Origin: Acaryochloris marina S15
GTDB lineage: Bacteria > Cyanobacteriota > Cyanobacteriia > Thermosynechococcales > Thermosynechococcaceae
NCBI RefSeq assembly: GCF_018336915.1
Contig: NZ_CP064923.1
Coordinates: forward strand, 4,110,001 to 4,142,000
Direction of reading: 5' to 3'
DNA length: 32,000 nucleotides
In this document: piece by piece, positions 24,597 to 32,000 of the stretch
Layout of the letters: every line of letters starts with the position of its first letter
How positions within the stretch are numbered: position 1 is the first letter of the stretch
Notes under the pieces: generated by a model
The model's input: the letters and a program-made list of their open reading frames with translations, nothing else
The model's database searches: none
What the model was told of the DNA's origin: nothing
Program-made: the position numbers and the translations under genes

Positions 24597-26034
24597 TTTC
24601 CTCCGGGCATAGTACCCATGTATCTTTAGAGCCCCCACCTTGTGACGAATTCACGACGAGTGATCCTTTCTTTAAGGCCACTCTTGTTAATCCTCCTGGA
24701 TGGACATAAATGTCCTGGCCGTAGAGGATATAGGGGCGCAAATCAACATGACATCCAGAAAATTCCTCTCCCAAGATGGTCGGGACTCTGGAAAGACAAA
24801 GGGTTGGTTGCGCAATGTAGTTGCGAGGATTGGCACGAATACGCTGGGCAAACTCCTGGCGTTCTGCCTCGGTGGATTGGGTGCCAATCAGCATGCCATA
24901 TCCCCCAGATTCATTCGCAGCCTTGACCACTAGCTGATCGAGGTTGGCAAGAACATGCTTGAGCTGTTGGTCCTCCCAGCATAAGTAGGTGGGGACATTG
25001 GCCAGAATTGGATCTTCACCTAAATAGTATTTGATCATGTCCGGGACGTAGGCATAGATGACTTTATCATCAGCAATACCGGTTCCAGGGGCATTTGCGA
25101 TCGCAACTCGTCCCGCCCGATACACCTCCATCAATCCCGGTATCCCCAAGTGAGAATCAGGCCGAAAGGCAGTGGGGTCCATAAAATCATCATCCAGGCG
25201 ACGATAAATAACGTCTACCTGCTGTAACCCCTTGGTCGTCTGCATTTGCAGATAGCCATCCACCACAACTAAATCGCGCCCTTCCACCAGCTCAATCCCC
25301 ATCTGCTGAGCAAGATAGGAATGTTCAAAGTAAGCAGAGTTATAAATACCAGGCGTGAGGACGACGACGGTTGGGCTGCTAATGGTGTTCGGTGACAAGT
25401 GGATCAAAGTCGCCAATAAGCGGCTAGGGTACTCATCCACTGGCTGAATTGGAATTTCTTTGAAAATTTGAGGGAAGGTACTTTTCATCACCTGCCGATT
25501 TTCGAGGACATAGGAAATTCCAGATGGGCAGCGCAAGTTATCTTCCAGCACGTACCATTGACCATCATTGTCTCGGACTAAGTCAGTGCCCGTAATATGG
25601 CACCAAACGTCCTTGGCCGGTTTTAGACCGATGCAAGGCGACAAATATCCCTTGGCAGACAGGATCAGCTCCTCAGGAATGACCTTATCCTTCAGAATCT
25701 TCTGGTCGTTGTAAATATCATCAATAAACAAATTGAGAGCATGAATACGCTGCTTTAGGCCCTGCTCTAAGAACGTCCAATCTTGAGCAGAAATGACCCT
25801 CGGAATCACATCAAACGGGAAAATCCGCTCAGTTCCTTCCGTTTCACCATAGACATTGAATGTTGCCCCTAGCTTGAACAACGCCTCCTGAGCAGCCCGT
25901 TGACGTTGTAATAGTTCTCCCTCAGGCAAACCATGAATTTTGTCTACCAGAACTTGTCCTTGGGGACGAGGAGTTTGTCCACTCTGGAAAAGCTCATCAT
26001 AGAAATGCTCAGGGTCATAAGTATCAAATCGCAA
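24589..26034 (-). CDS. Circularly permuted type-2 ATP-grasp protein (DUF404/DUF407 family amidoligase)
   Basis: The product is 481 aa with a TTG start at 26034. Family-typical strings are ERIFPFDVIPRVISAQDWTFLEQGLKQRIHALNLFIDDIY, RCPSGISYVLENR, VVLTPGIYNSAYFEHSYLAQQMGIELVEGRDL and VDVIYRRLDDDFMDP. It is the first gene of a three-gene operon. Confidence 0.9.
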   Translation of the reverse strand: MRFDTYDPEHFYDELFQSGQTPRPQGQVLVDKIHGLPEGELLQRQRAAQEALFKLGATFNVYGETEGTERIFPFDVIPRVISAQDWTFLEQGLKQRIHALNLFIDDIYNDQKILKDKVIPEELILSAKGYLSPCIGLKPAKDVWCHITGTDLVRDNDGQWYVLEDNLRCPSGISYVLENRQVMKSTFPQIFKEIPIQPVDEYPSRLLATLIHLSPNTISSPTVVVLTPGIYNSAYFEHSYLAQQMGIELVEGRDLVVVDGYLQMQTTKGLQQVDVIYRRLDDDFMDPTAFRPDSHLGIPGLMEVYRAGRVAIANAPGTGIADDKVIYAYVPDMIKYYLGEDPILANVPTYLCWEDQQLKHVLANLDQLVVKAANESGGYGMLIGTQSTEAERQEFAQRIRANPRNYIAQPTLCLSRVPTILGEEFSGCHVDLRPYILYGQDIYVHPGGLTRVALKKGSLVVNSSQGGGSKDTWVLCPEENA

Positions 26035-26206
26035 AGAGCTGCCCCATAGACGCTATAAAGCCTGGTGGTATCTTACTGGCAACTTGATATCCCGAAACTG
26101 TATGTTTCGATACCTAGATACTGAAACATCCTAAAATTCTTTTTTTTGCTCTGAGTCACTCCAAATTCAAATCGCGCCCCAGTTTGCACAGAGATAGCCT
26201 CCAGAC

Positions 26207-29029
26207 TTATTTTGTGGGCAGGGGCTGGGGTTTACCCATGGCATACCCTTGTAGATAGTCAACACCGATTTTTTCAAGCGCAACAATTGTGTCTCCATTC
26301 TCTACAAACTCAGCGATAGTCTTGATTTGCATCGCTCGACAAATCTGATTAATGGCTGACACCATCACTTGATGGGTTGTATCTTCCACCATATCTCTCA
26401 CTAAGCTGCCATCAATTTTTAAATAATCAATGGGAAAACGTTTGAGATAGGAAAAGGATGAGAATCCACTACCAAAATCATCCAGCGCAAAGTGACAGCC
26501 AAACTCTTTCATTTTCTCGATAAATTGAATCGCTTGCTTAAAGTTGCTAATTGCTACAGTTTCTGTGATTTCAAAGCAAATCTTGTGGGGTTCAAGCTGA
26601 GTTTTATGCAGTTGCTTTTGGACAAAATCCAGCAAAGCGTCATCGTTGAGAGAGCTACCCGACAGATTGATAGAAATGCGAGTATTCTCCTGGCTCTGAA
26701 AGTAAGCGCCATACTTGACCAAAACATTTTCGATCACCCATTTATCAATCTCTAACATCAACCCATATCGTTCCGCAGCAGGGAGAAAACTGCCTGGCAG
26801 AAGAATTTTGCCGTCTGGATCTTGCAAGCGGAGCAAGATTTCATAACAAACTGGAATCTTAGTCTCTGTATCTAGAGGAACAATGGGCTGATAATAGAGG
26901 CGAAATCGGCTTTCTTCTAAAGCTTTACGAATAGTCGCCACCTGCATCAATTCGCTGTGTTGTTCCGTTACCCCTTGGGCCTGAGCATAGTAAATATGAA
27001 CACGATTACGACCCCGATCTTTAGCTGCGTAGCAAGCAACATCCGCTTTTGCGAATAGCAGGGTTAGATTGTCGGTATCTGCAGTAATCGGCACGATCCC
27101 AATACTGGCACCAATCTTAAAGAGTTGGCCTTCCCAGATAAAGCGAAATTGAGAGAGTTCAGAGATGAGGTTTTCTGTGACAATTCGAGCTTTGTCTAAG
27201 GAGCAGTTCTTCAGCAATAAGCCAAATTCATCTCCCCCCAAACGGCTAAGAATATCGGTCTGACGAATATGAGCCTGCAACAAATCCGCGACCTGCTTTA
27301 AGAGAGTATCCCCTGCCAGGTGGCCCACGGTATCATTGACAATCTTGAACTGATCTAAGTCTAGATAACAAAGCGCATGGTGAATTTGACTAGACTGTTT
27401 CTGCTCGATAATCTGATTGAGCTGATGCTCAAACTCTCGACGATTAACCAGCCCAGTCAGAGAATCATGGGTAGCCTGGTGCGATAACTGTTGTGATAAT
27501 GAATGCGCTTCTGTAATATCCTGACCAATCCCTCGATAACCACAGAAGACACCTTGAGGGCTCAAGACAGGTCTGCCAATCATTCTCAGAATTCGAGCAT
27601 TCCCATTCAGATGCTGACACTCTATTTCAACATCGAAAGGCTCTAATAAATCTAGAGTTTGGTTAAGCTGATCCCAGGCCGTGGGTTGAAACACAGCATA
27701 GAAATCCAAGCAAGATTTCCCGATCCACACTTCGATGGGAGATCCCGTCAAAGAACAATGCTGCTCTGATAAATAGGTAAATCTTAATTCTGCATCCGTT
27801 TCCCAAAACAAGTCTGCTCCAATAGCAGCAAAGTCATGGAACCGCTGTTGGCTTTCACGCAGGGCTTCTTCTGTATCTTTAAGGACGGTGATATCGCGAG
27901 AAGAAATTGCCGCACCAATAATTTGTTCTTGTTGATTGCGAAACGGAACATATTCAATATCGAAATACCGTGTTTCATCAAGAGAGGGAAACCAATGCTG
28001 CCGTCGAACTTTTTCCCCAGCAAAACATCGATCTAGATCTGGCTTAATAATTTCTTGGAAGAAGTGCTGGCCATGAATATCTGCAATGTGCTGGCCAGAT
28101 ATATCCGTTGTCGCCTTATGAAATTTTTCAGTGTACTGGGGGTTCGCGGCCAAGTATGCATAGCAGGTATCGACTAGTGCCATATAACTACCAGCAGAGT
28201 TAAAAATAGTTTCGTATTGGCGGAGCCGTTCCTCAGTTTCTTTTTGTTGGGTAATATCCGTCTGAATTCCGACTAAAAAATGCACCTCACCTTGAGCATT
28301 CGTTAGGGGTTTGATCCGTAATAAATTCCAAAAAGGTTGCCCCGTTTTTCGGTAGTTAAGAATTTCCCCTTCGAAGGTCTGATCATTGTTGAGGGCCTGG
28401 CGAATCCCCTCGACTGTATTGGCATCTGTTTTAGGACCTTGGAGAAAACGACAGCTATTTCCAATCACTTCATCGGGCGTGTATCCGGTGAACTGATAGA
28501 AACTAGGGCTCGCAAAAATCACGGGAAATCCAGGAACAGTGGCGTCTGCAATGACAATGCCATCATTGGCTGTTTCTGCAGCTAAGGCTCTCAGATATAG
28601 TGTTGCCTTTTGCAAGTCCTGGTCAGGATGGATGTATTGGAGCTTAAGACAAAAACTTTTGTCTTCTGGATTGCTGCCATGCACGGACGTTACTGTATAT
28701 AAGCAAGGTAACTTTTGAGCCTTAGCATTTTGATGGGTAGCTTCAAAATGAAAGACTTCCAGATCACCTTGAAGTAACTGCTGTAATTGGGTGCCAAACT
28801 CTGTGAACAGTGCAAGTTGGGAAATATCTTGGTAATGGCTGCCAATCAATTCACAGACAGAAATATTGATAATTTTACAGAAGGTGGCATTGACTTGCTG
28901 AAAATGTCCACTGGCAGAAATGATGGCAATACCTAAATCACTCAATGCAGATTGTGATATGTCTAATTCCAAGGCCTCAGTTCCTGGGGATAAACAAGGT
29001 GAGTGAGTAGCCATGCTGTGGGAATTCAT
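26207..29029 (-). CDS. Multidomain c-di-GMP signalling protein: PAS-like, LOV, PAS, PAS, GGDEF, EAL
   Basis: The product is 940 aa. The LOV core is GNSCRFLQGPKTD...FLVGIQTDIT. The GGDEF domain has LSRLGGDEFGLLL, preceded by HDSLTGLVNRREF. The EAL domain has YYQPIV, CYEILLRL, NLSG, EITE, ALDDFGSGFSSFSYL, KIDGSLV, IAEFVEN and LQGY. Confidence 0.9.
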   Translation of the reverse strand: MNSHSMATHSPCLSPGTEALELDISQSALSDLGIAIISASGHFQQVNATFCKIINISVCELIGSHYQDISQLALFTEFGTQLQQLLQGDLEVFHFEATHQNAKAQKLPCLYTVTSVHGSNPEDKSFCLKLQYIHPDQDLQKATLYLRALAAETANDGIVIADATVPGFPVIFASPSFYQFTGYTPDEVIGNSCRFLQGPKTDANTVEGIRQALNNDQTFEGEILNYRKTGQPFWNLLRIKPLTNAQGEVHFLVGIQTDITQQKETEERLRQYETIFNSAGSYMALVDTCYAYLAANPQYTEKFHKATTDISGQHIADIHGQHFFQEIIKPDLDRCFAGEKVRRQHWFPSLDETRYFDIEYVPFRNQQEQIIGAAISSRDITVLKDTEEALRESQQRFHDFAAIGADLFWETDAELRFTYLSEQHCSLTGSPIEVWIGKSCLDFYAVFQPTAWDQLNQTLDLLEPFDVEIECQHLNGNARILRMIGRPVLSPQGVFCGYRGIGQDITEAHSLSQQLSHQATHDSLTGLVNRREFEHQLNQIIEQKQSSQIHHALCYLDLDQFKIVNDTVGHLAGDTLLKQVADLLQAHIRQTDILSRLGGDEFGLLLKNCSLDKARIVTENLISELSQFRFIWEGQLFKIGASIGIVPITADTDNLTLLFAKADVACYAAKDRGRNRVHIYYAQAQGVTEQHSELMQVATIRKALEESRFRLYYQPIVPLDTETKIPVCYEILLRLQDPDGKILLPGSFLPAAERYGLMLEIDKWVIENVLVKYGAYFQSQENTRISINLSGSSLNDDALLDFVQKQLHKTQLEPHKICFEITETVAISNFKQAIQFIEKMKEFGCHFALDDFGSGFSSFSYLKRFPIDYLKIDGSLVRDMVEDTTHQVMVSAINQICRAMQIKTIAEFVENGDTIVALEKIGVDYLQGYAMGKPQPLPTK
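28244..28597 (-). other. LOV (light-oxygen-voltage, flavin-binding PAS) domain, approximately residues 145-262
   Basis: The domain reads GIVIADATVPGFPVIFASPSFYQFTGYTPDEVIGNSCRFLQGPKTDANTVEGIRQALNNDQTFEGEILNYRKTGQPFWNLLRIKPLTNAQGEVHFLVGIQTDIT. The adduct-forming Cys codon TGT is at 28451-28453 on the minus strand. Confidence 0.8.
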
Positions 29030-29282
29030 TCTTGTCTCAGATGAGAGTTGACGATCTAAAAAAGGGGGCTTTTAGGCCTGAATAGTTATTAATAGGCCGA
29101 GCTTGCAAGGTTAGGAGTATCTACCATTGTCTGTATAAAATTTTCTTCTGCCATGAGGAAATTTACTGAAAATGCATCAATACCGTGTTTTCAGTGAACT
29201 TAAAGTTTTTTTAGGTTGGTCTCAGGCAACTTGAGGTTGAAGAGAGTACCATCAACACAGCGATTCTAGGACCAGAGTTTTT

Positions 29283-31535
29283 GTGGAGCGTCAACAACCC
29301 ATTGAAAAAGAATTAGTGCTGATTGGAGGGGGACATAGTCATGCGATCGCACTCCGCAACTTTGCCATGAATCCCTTGCCCGGAGTCCGCATCACCCTCA
29401 TCAGTGAACAGTCCAATACCCCCTATTCAGGCATGCTGCCAGGCCATGTAGCAGGACATTACACCTACGAAGAGTGCCATATTGACTTACGACAGCTAGC
29501 AACTGCAGCCCAAGCCCAACTTTATGTCGATCAGGCAATCGGTCTCAACTTAGACCAGAATCAAGTGCTCTGTGCAGTGCATCCCCCCGTGCACTTTGAT
29601 ACTTTATCCATTGATATTGGCAGCACACCAGAACTGCCAGATATTCCTGGCCTCCTGGACTACAGCGTACCTGTCAAACCCTGGCGATTTTTCTTACAGC
29701 AATGGCAGCAGGTGATTGAGCGCGTCACCCAACATCCCGATCAGCCGATCAGCATTGGGGTAGTGGGGGGCGGTGCTGGTGGAGTGGAGCTAGTACTGAC
29801 GATCCAGCATCAGCTACAGCAGATTTTGCAAGCAGCAGGACAACCCGTTTCCAATCTGACCATGCATTTGTTCCACCGCGGAGCACGGGTAATGACAGGC
29901 CATAATGCCCGGATTCGCAATCGCTTTCAGCAGATCTTGATTCAGCAAGGCATTAACTTACACCTAAAAAAAACGGTATTACAGGTGCAAAGAGGGAAAG
30001 TTATTTGTGAGTCAGGGTTTCAGGTAGAATGCGACACCATTTTTTGGGTCACCCGGGCTTCTGCACCTATTTGGCCCCGACAATCTGGTATCGCCACCGA
30101 CAATCGAGGGTTTATTCAGGTACGTCCGACCTTACAGTCAGTCTCCCATCCTCACATTTTTGCAGCAGGGGATATTGCAGCCATGGTAGAGTCTCCCCGC
30201 CCCAAGGCTGGCGTGTTTGCCGTCCGTCAGGGTAAGCCGTTAGCCGAAAATCTACGACGGTTACTGCAAGGTGAATCACTACAAATCTACAAGCCCCAAT
30301 CGAAGTTTTTGAGCTTGATTAGTACGGGCGATCGCAAAGCAATTATGTCTTGGGGAGCATTGCCTTTAGGCAATGAATCCGCCTGGCTATGGCGCTGGAA
30401 AGATGCCATCGATCGCAAGTTTATGGACCAATTTCGAGAGCTGCCCATAATGGGAGCCGATTCCTCTTCAGAACCTTTACTCCCAATGCAGTGTGCAGGC
30501 TGTGGATCGAAAGTTGGCAGTTCAGTTCTCGAACAAACCTTATCTCGGTTACGCCAAGACTATCCTCCCTATCGCCAAGACATCTTGGTGGGATTAGCAG
30601 GAGCAGATGATGCTGCTGTGGTCGAAGTGCCTCCTGACCAAGTGATGGTCCATACCCTTGATTATTTTCGCAGCCTTATCAATGACCCGTTTATTTTTGG
30701 TCAGATTGCCGCTCACCATAGTCTCAGCGATCTATTTGCAATGGGGGCAACACCGCAGTCAGCCTTGGCTATGGCAACCCTATCTTATGGTACAGATAAA
30801 GCCCTCACAGAAACCCTCTATCACCTGCTTGCCGGCGCAACAAAAGTTTTGCAACAAGCAGGAGCAGAACTAGTTGGGGGTCACACAACCGAGGGAGCAG
30901 AACTGACGTTTGGTTTGGCATGCAATGGATTCGTACATCGAGATCGCATCCTCTCCAAACAAGGTATTCAGCCTAATCAGGTTCTAATTCTAACCAAACC
31001 GCTAGGCACAGGCTTGATTTTTGCTGCGGCTATGCGCCAGCAAGCCCGTGAAATGTGGATCGATTCAGCTCTGCAATCCATGTTGCAATCCAACCAAGTG
31101 GCTGCCCAGTGCTTCCTGAAACATCAAGCTACCGCCTGCACAGACATCACCGGATTTGGACTGATTGGCCACTTATCCGAAATGCTGCATTCTTCCCCCA
31201 TACAAGTCCAACTAGAACTAGCCTCAATCCCAGCTATGTCAGGGGTAGCCGAAATCATCTCCCAAAATATTCACAGCTCCCTATACCCCCAAAACTTAAC
31301 AGCTGGGAATTGGGTTGCCAATCAATCTCAAGCCCAAACGCACCTCCTATGGCCACTACTATTTGACCCTCAAACCTCAGGAGGTTTGCTAGCTACAGTT
31401 CCCAAAGAACACGCTGATAAATGTCTAGAGGATTTAAATGACATGGGATATACACACAGTTCAATAATTGGAACAACTGTATCTAACCAGCCTCAAACCT
31501 CAAACAGCCTGCAAAAACCCATCCTTATTCACTAG
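29283..31535 (+). CDS. selD: Bifunctional FAD/NAD(P)-dependent pyridine nucleotide-disulfide oxidoreductase-like domain fused to selenide, water dikinase (selenophosphate synthetase)
   Basis: It starts with GVG at 29283 (GTG). The N-terminal Rossmann motifs are LVLIGGGHSH and IGVVGGGAGGVEL, with FAAGDIA. From about residue 400 the SelD signature reads MQCAGCGSKVGSSVLEQTL, which has Cys and Lys in the C-G-x-K arrangement. PurM/AIR-synthase-like strings follow (GADDAAVV, DYFRSLINDPFIFGQIAAHHSLSDLFAMGA, LVGGHT, CTDITGFGLIGHL, DPQTSGGLL). Confidence 0.85.
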   Translation: MERQQPIEKELVLIGGGHSHAIALRNFAMNPLPGVRITLISEQSNTPYSGMLPGHVAGHYTYEECHIDLRQLATAAQAQLYVDQAIGLNLDQNQVLCAVHPPVHFDTLSIDIGSTPELPDIPGLLDYSVPVKPWRFFLQQWQQVIERVTQHPDQPISIGVVGGGAGGVELVLTIQHQLQQILQAAGQPVSNLTMHLFHRGARVMTGHNARIRNRFQQILIQQGINLHLKKTVLQVQRGKVICESGFQVECDTIFWVTRASAPIWPRQSGIATDNRGFIQVRPTLQSVSHPHIFAAGDIAAMVESPRPKAGVFAVRQGKPLAENLRRLLQGESLQIYKPQSKFLSLISTGDRKAIMSWGALPLGNESAWLWRWKDAIDRKFMDQFRELPIMGADSSSEPLLPMQCAGCGSKVGSSVLEQTLSRLRQDYPPYRQDILVGLAGADDAAVVEVPPDQVMVHTLDYFRSLINDPFIFGQIAAHHSLSDLFAMGATPQSALAMATLSYGTDKALTETLYHLLAGATKVLQQAGAELVGGHTTEGAELTFGLACNGFVHRDRILSKQGIQPNQVLILTKPLGTGLIFAAAMRQQAREMWIDSALQSMLQSNQVAAQCFLKHQATACTDITGFGLIGHLSEMLHSSPIQVQLELASIPAMSGVAEIISQNIHSSLYPQNLTAGNWVANQSQAQTHLLWPLLFDPQTSGGLLATVPKEHADKCLEDLNDMGYTHSSIIGTTVSNQPQTSNSLQKPILIH
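30480..31535 (+). other. selD: SelD (selenophosphate synthetase) module of the fusion protein (approximate bounds)
   Basis: See the parent CDS. The Cys codons are TGT at 30492-30494 and 30501-30503, so there is no in-frame TGA at the catalytic position. Confidence 0.8.
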
Positions 31536-31577
31536 AAAAAAGTTATCAGGGAGTAAATGTATAGAACTTGACCTGTT

Positions 31578-31886
31578 TCAAATATTTTTAAGTAATTTTT
31601 CAGCAGAAGAAGCCCTCCTTAGCTTATCTGAGACACTCACAGATTGTAGTCCCGCTTCTTTCTTCGTTTCTTCCAAAGCCAGAAACATCATCACCAATTT
31701 CTCTTGGGTCTTTTGGATATTCGCTAACCATTCCTCTTGCTGAGTGGTCAAAGATGAAATCTTGCTTTTGGCTTCATTCAGAACTTGTCCTTCAGCACGA
31801 TCTGTGAGAATAACGCGTCGCAGTAAAAACAAGATTACAACTATCGCCAAAATTAGAGCTGGGAACAACCAATAATTTGCAGTCAT
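31578..31886 (-). CDS. Hypothetical small membrane-anchored coiled-coil protein
   Basis: It has an ATG start and is 102 aa. The N-terminal TM is YWLFPALILAIVVILFLL, followed by a predicted helical, charged region. I recognise no family. Confidence 0.5.
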   Translation of the reverse strand: MTANYWLFPALILAIVVILFLLRRVILTDRAEGQVLNEAKSKISSLTTQQEEWLANIQKTQEKLVMMFLALEETKKEAGLQSVSVSDKLRRASSAEKLLKNI

Positions 31887-32000
31887 AATACCCTTCCTTT
31901 CTACGGGTAATATTTACGCTTATTACTGGCGTACCACTTTATGAAATCTCTTGTAAAGAGCAATTTGTAGAAAGCTTTTTTAAATATCTGATACGAACTG

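Noticed and set aside
26222-26941. The possibility that the EAL domain is catalytically dead, because its motif reads E-I-L rather than E-A-L.
   Set aside because: The catalytic Glu is retained, and the other conserved signatures (NLSG, EITE, DDFG, KIDG, EFVE, QGY) are all present. The sequence gives no basis for calling it degenerate.
30486-30512. A selenocysteine (in-frame TGA) at the SelD catalytic loop.
   Set aside because: The loop is encoded as ATG CAG TGT GCA GGC TGT GGA TCG AAA. Both relevant codons are TGT (Cys), and the frame has no internal TGA.
1-32000. CRISPR arrays, tRNA or rRNA genes, transposases, integrases or IS ends, and restriction-modification, toxin-antitoxin or other known defence cassettes.
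   Set aside because: I found no regularly spaced direct repeats, no cloverleaf-like or rRNA-like stretches in the intergenic gaps, and no ORF with recombinase, nuclease or toxin hallmarks. HIP1 sites occur in genes throughout the window, which argues against a recently acquired island.

Overview
The window looks like a cyanobacterial chromosomal segment. The evidence is at least 11 exact copies of the HIP1 octamer GCGATCGC, a pilM-pilN-pilO-pilQ cluster with no pilP, and ABC1-kinase, rpe, murE and fumC genes. I support 26 protein-coding genes, including one truncated at the left edge. I recognised no rRNA, tRNA, CRISPR array, transposase or integrase, and no known defence system. Housekeeping content is fumC, rpe, murE, a glutaredoxin-like gene, an M20 amidohydrolase and an ABC1 kinase. 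Surface and motility content is pilMNOQ. Four regions deserve attention. (1) 19.2-26.0 kb holds a split Anbu module. A circularly permuted ATP-grasp, alpha-E and transglutaminase operon on the minus strand converges on a plus-strand string of M20 amidohydrolase, a DUF2993-like ORF and Anbu (a proteasome-beta-like Thr protease). This gene association has been predicted computationally, but its substrate and function remain unknown. (2) 8.3-11.9 kb holds a tandem pair: a Cache/HAMP class III cyclase followed by an MscS channel with a C-terminal cyclic-nucleotide-binding domain. Both partners lack canonical residues: the second metal Asp of the cyclase is Ser, and the Glu and Arg of the phosphate-binding cassette are Ala and Ser. 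(3) A 940-aa LOV-PAS-PAS-GGDEF-EAL protein has an intact photoactive Cys motif. (4) A 750-aa fusion joins an FAD/NAD(P) disulfide-oxidoreductase-like domain to a Cys-type SelD. Smaller observations are a 33-bp perfect palindrome after pilQ, an 11-bp direct repeat in the fumC/pilM intergenic region, and a modular TPR protein with a degenerate zinc ribbon. All functional calls rest on motif recognition by eye. No database search was possible.
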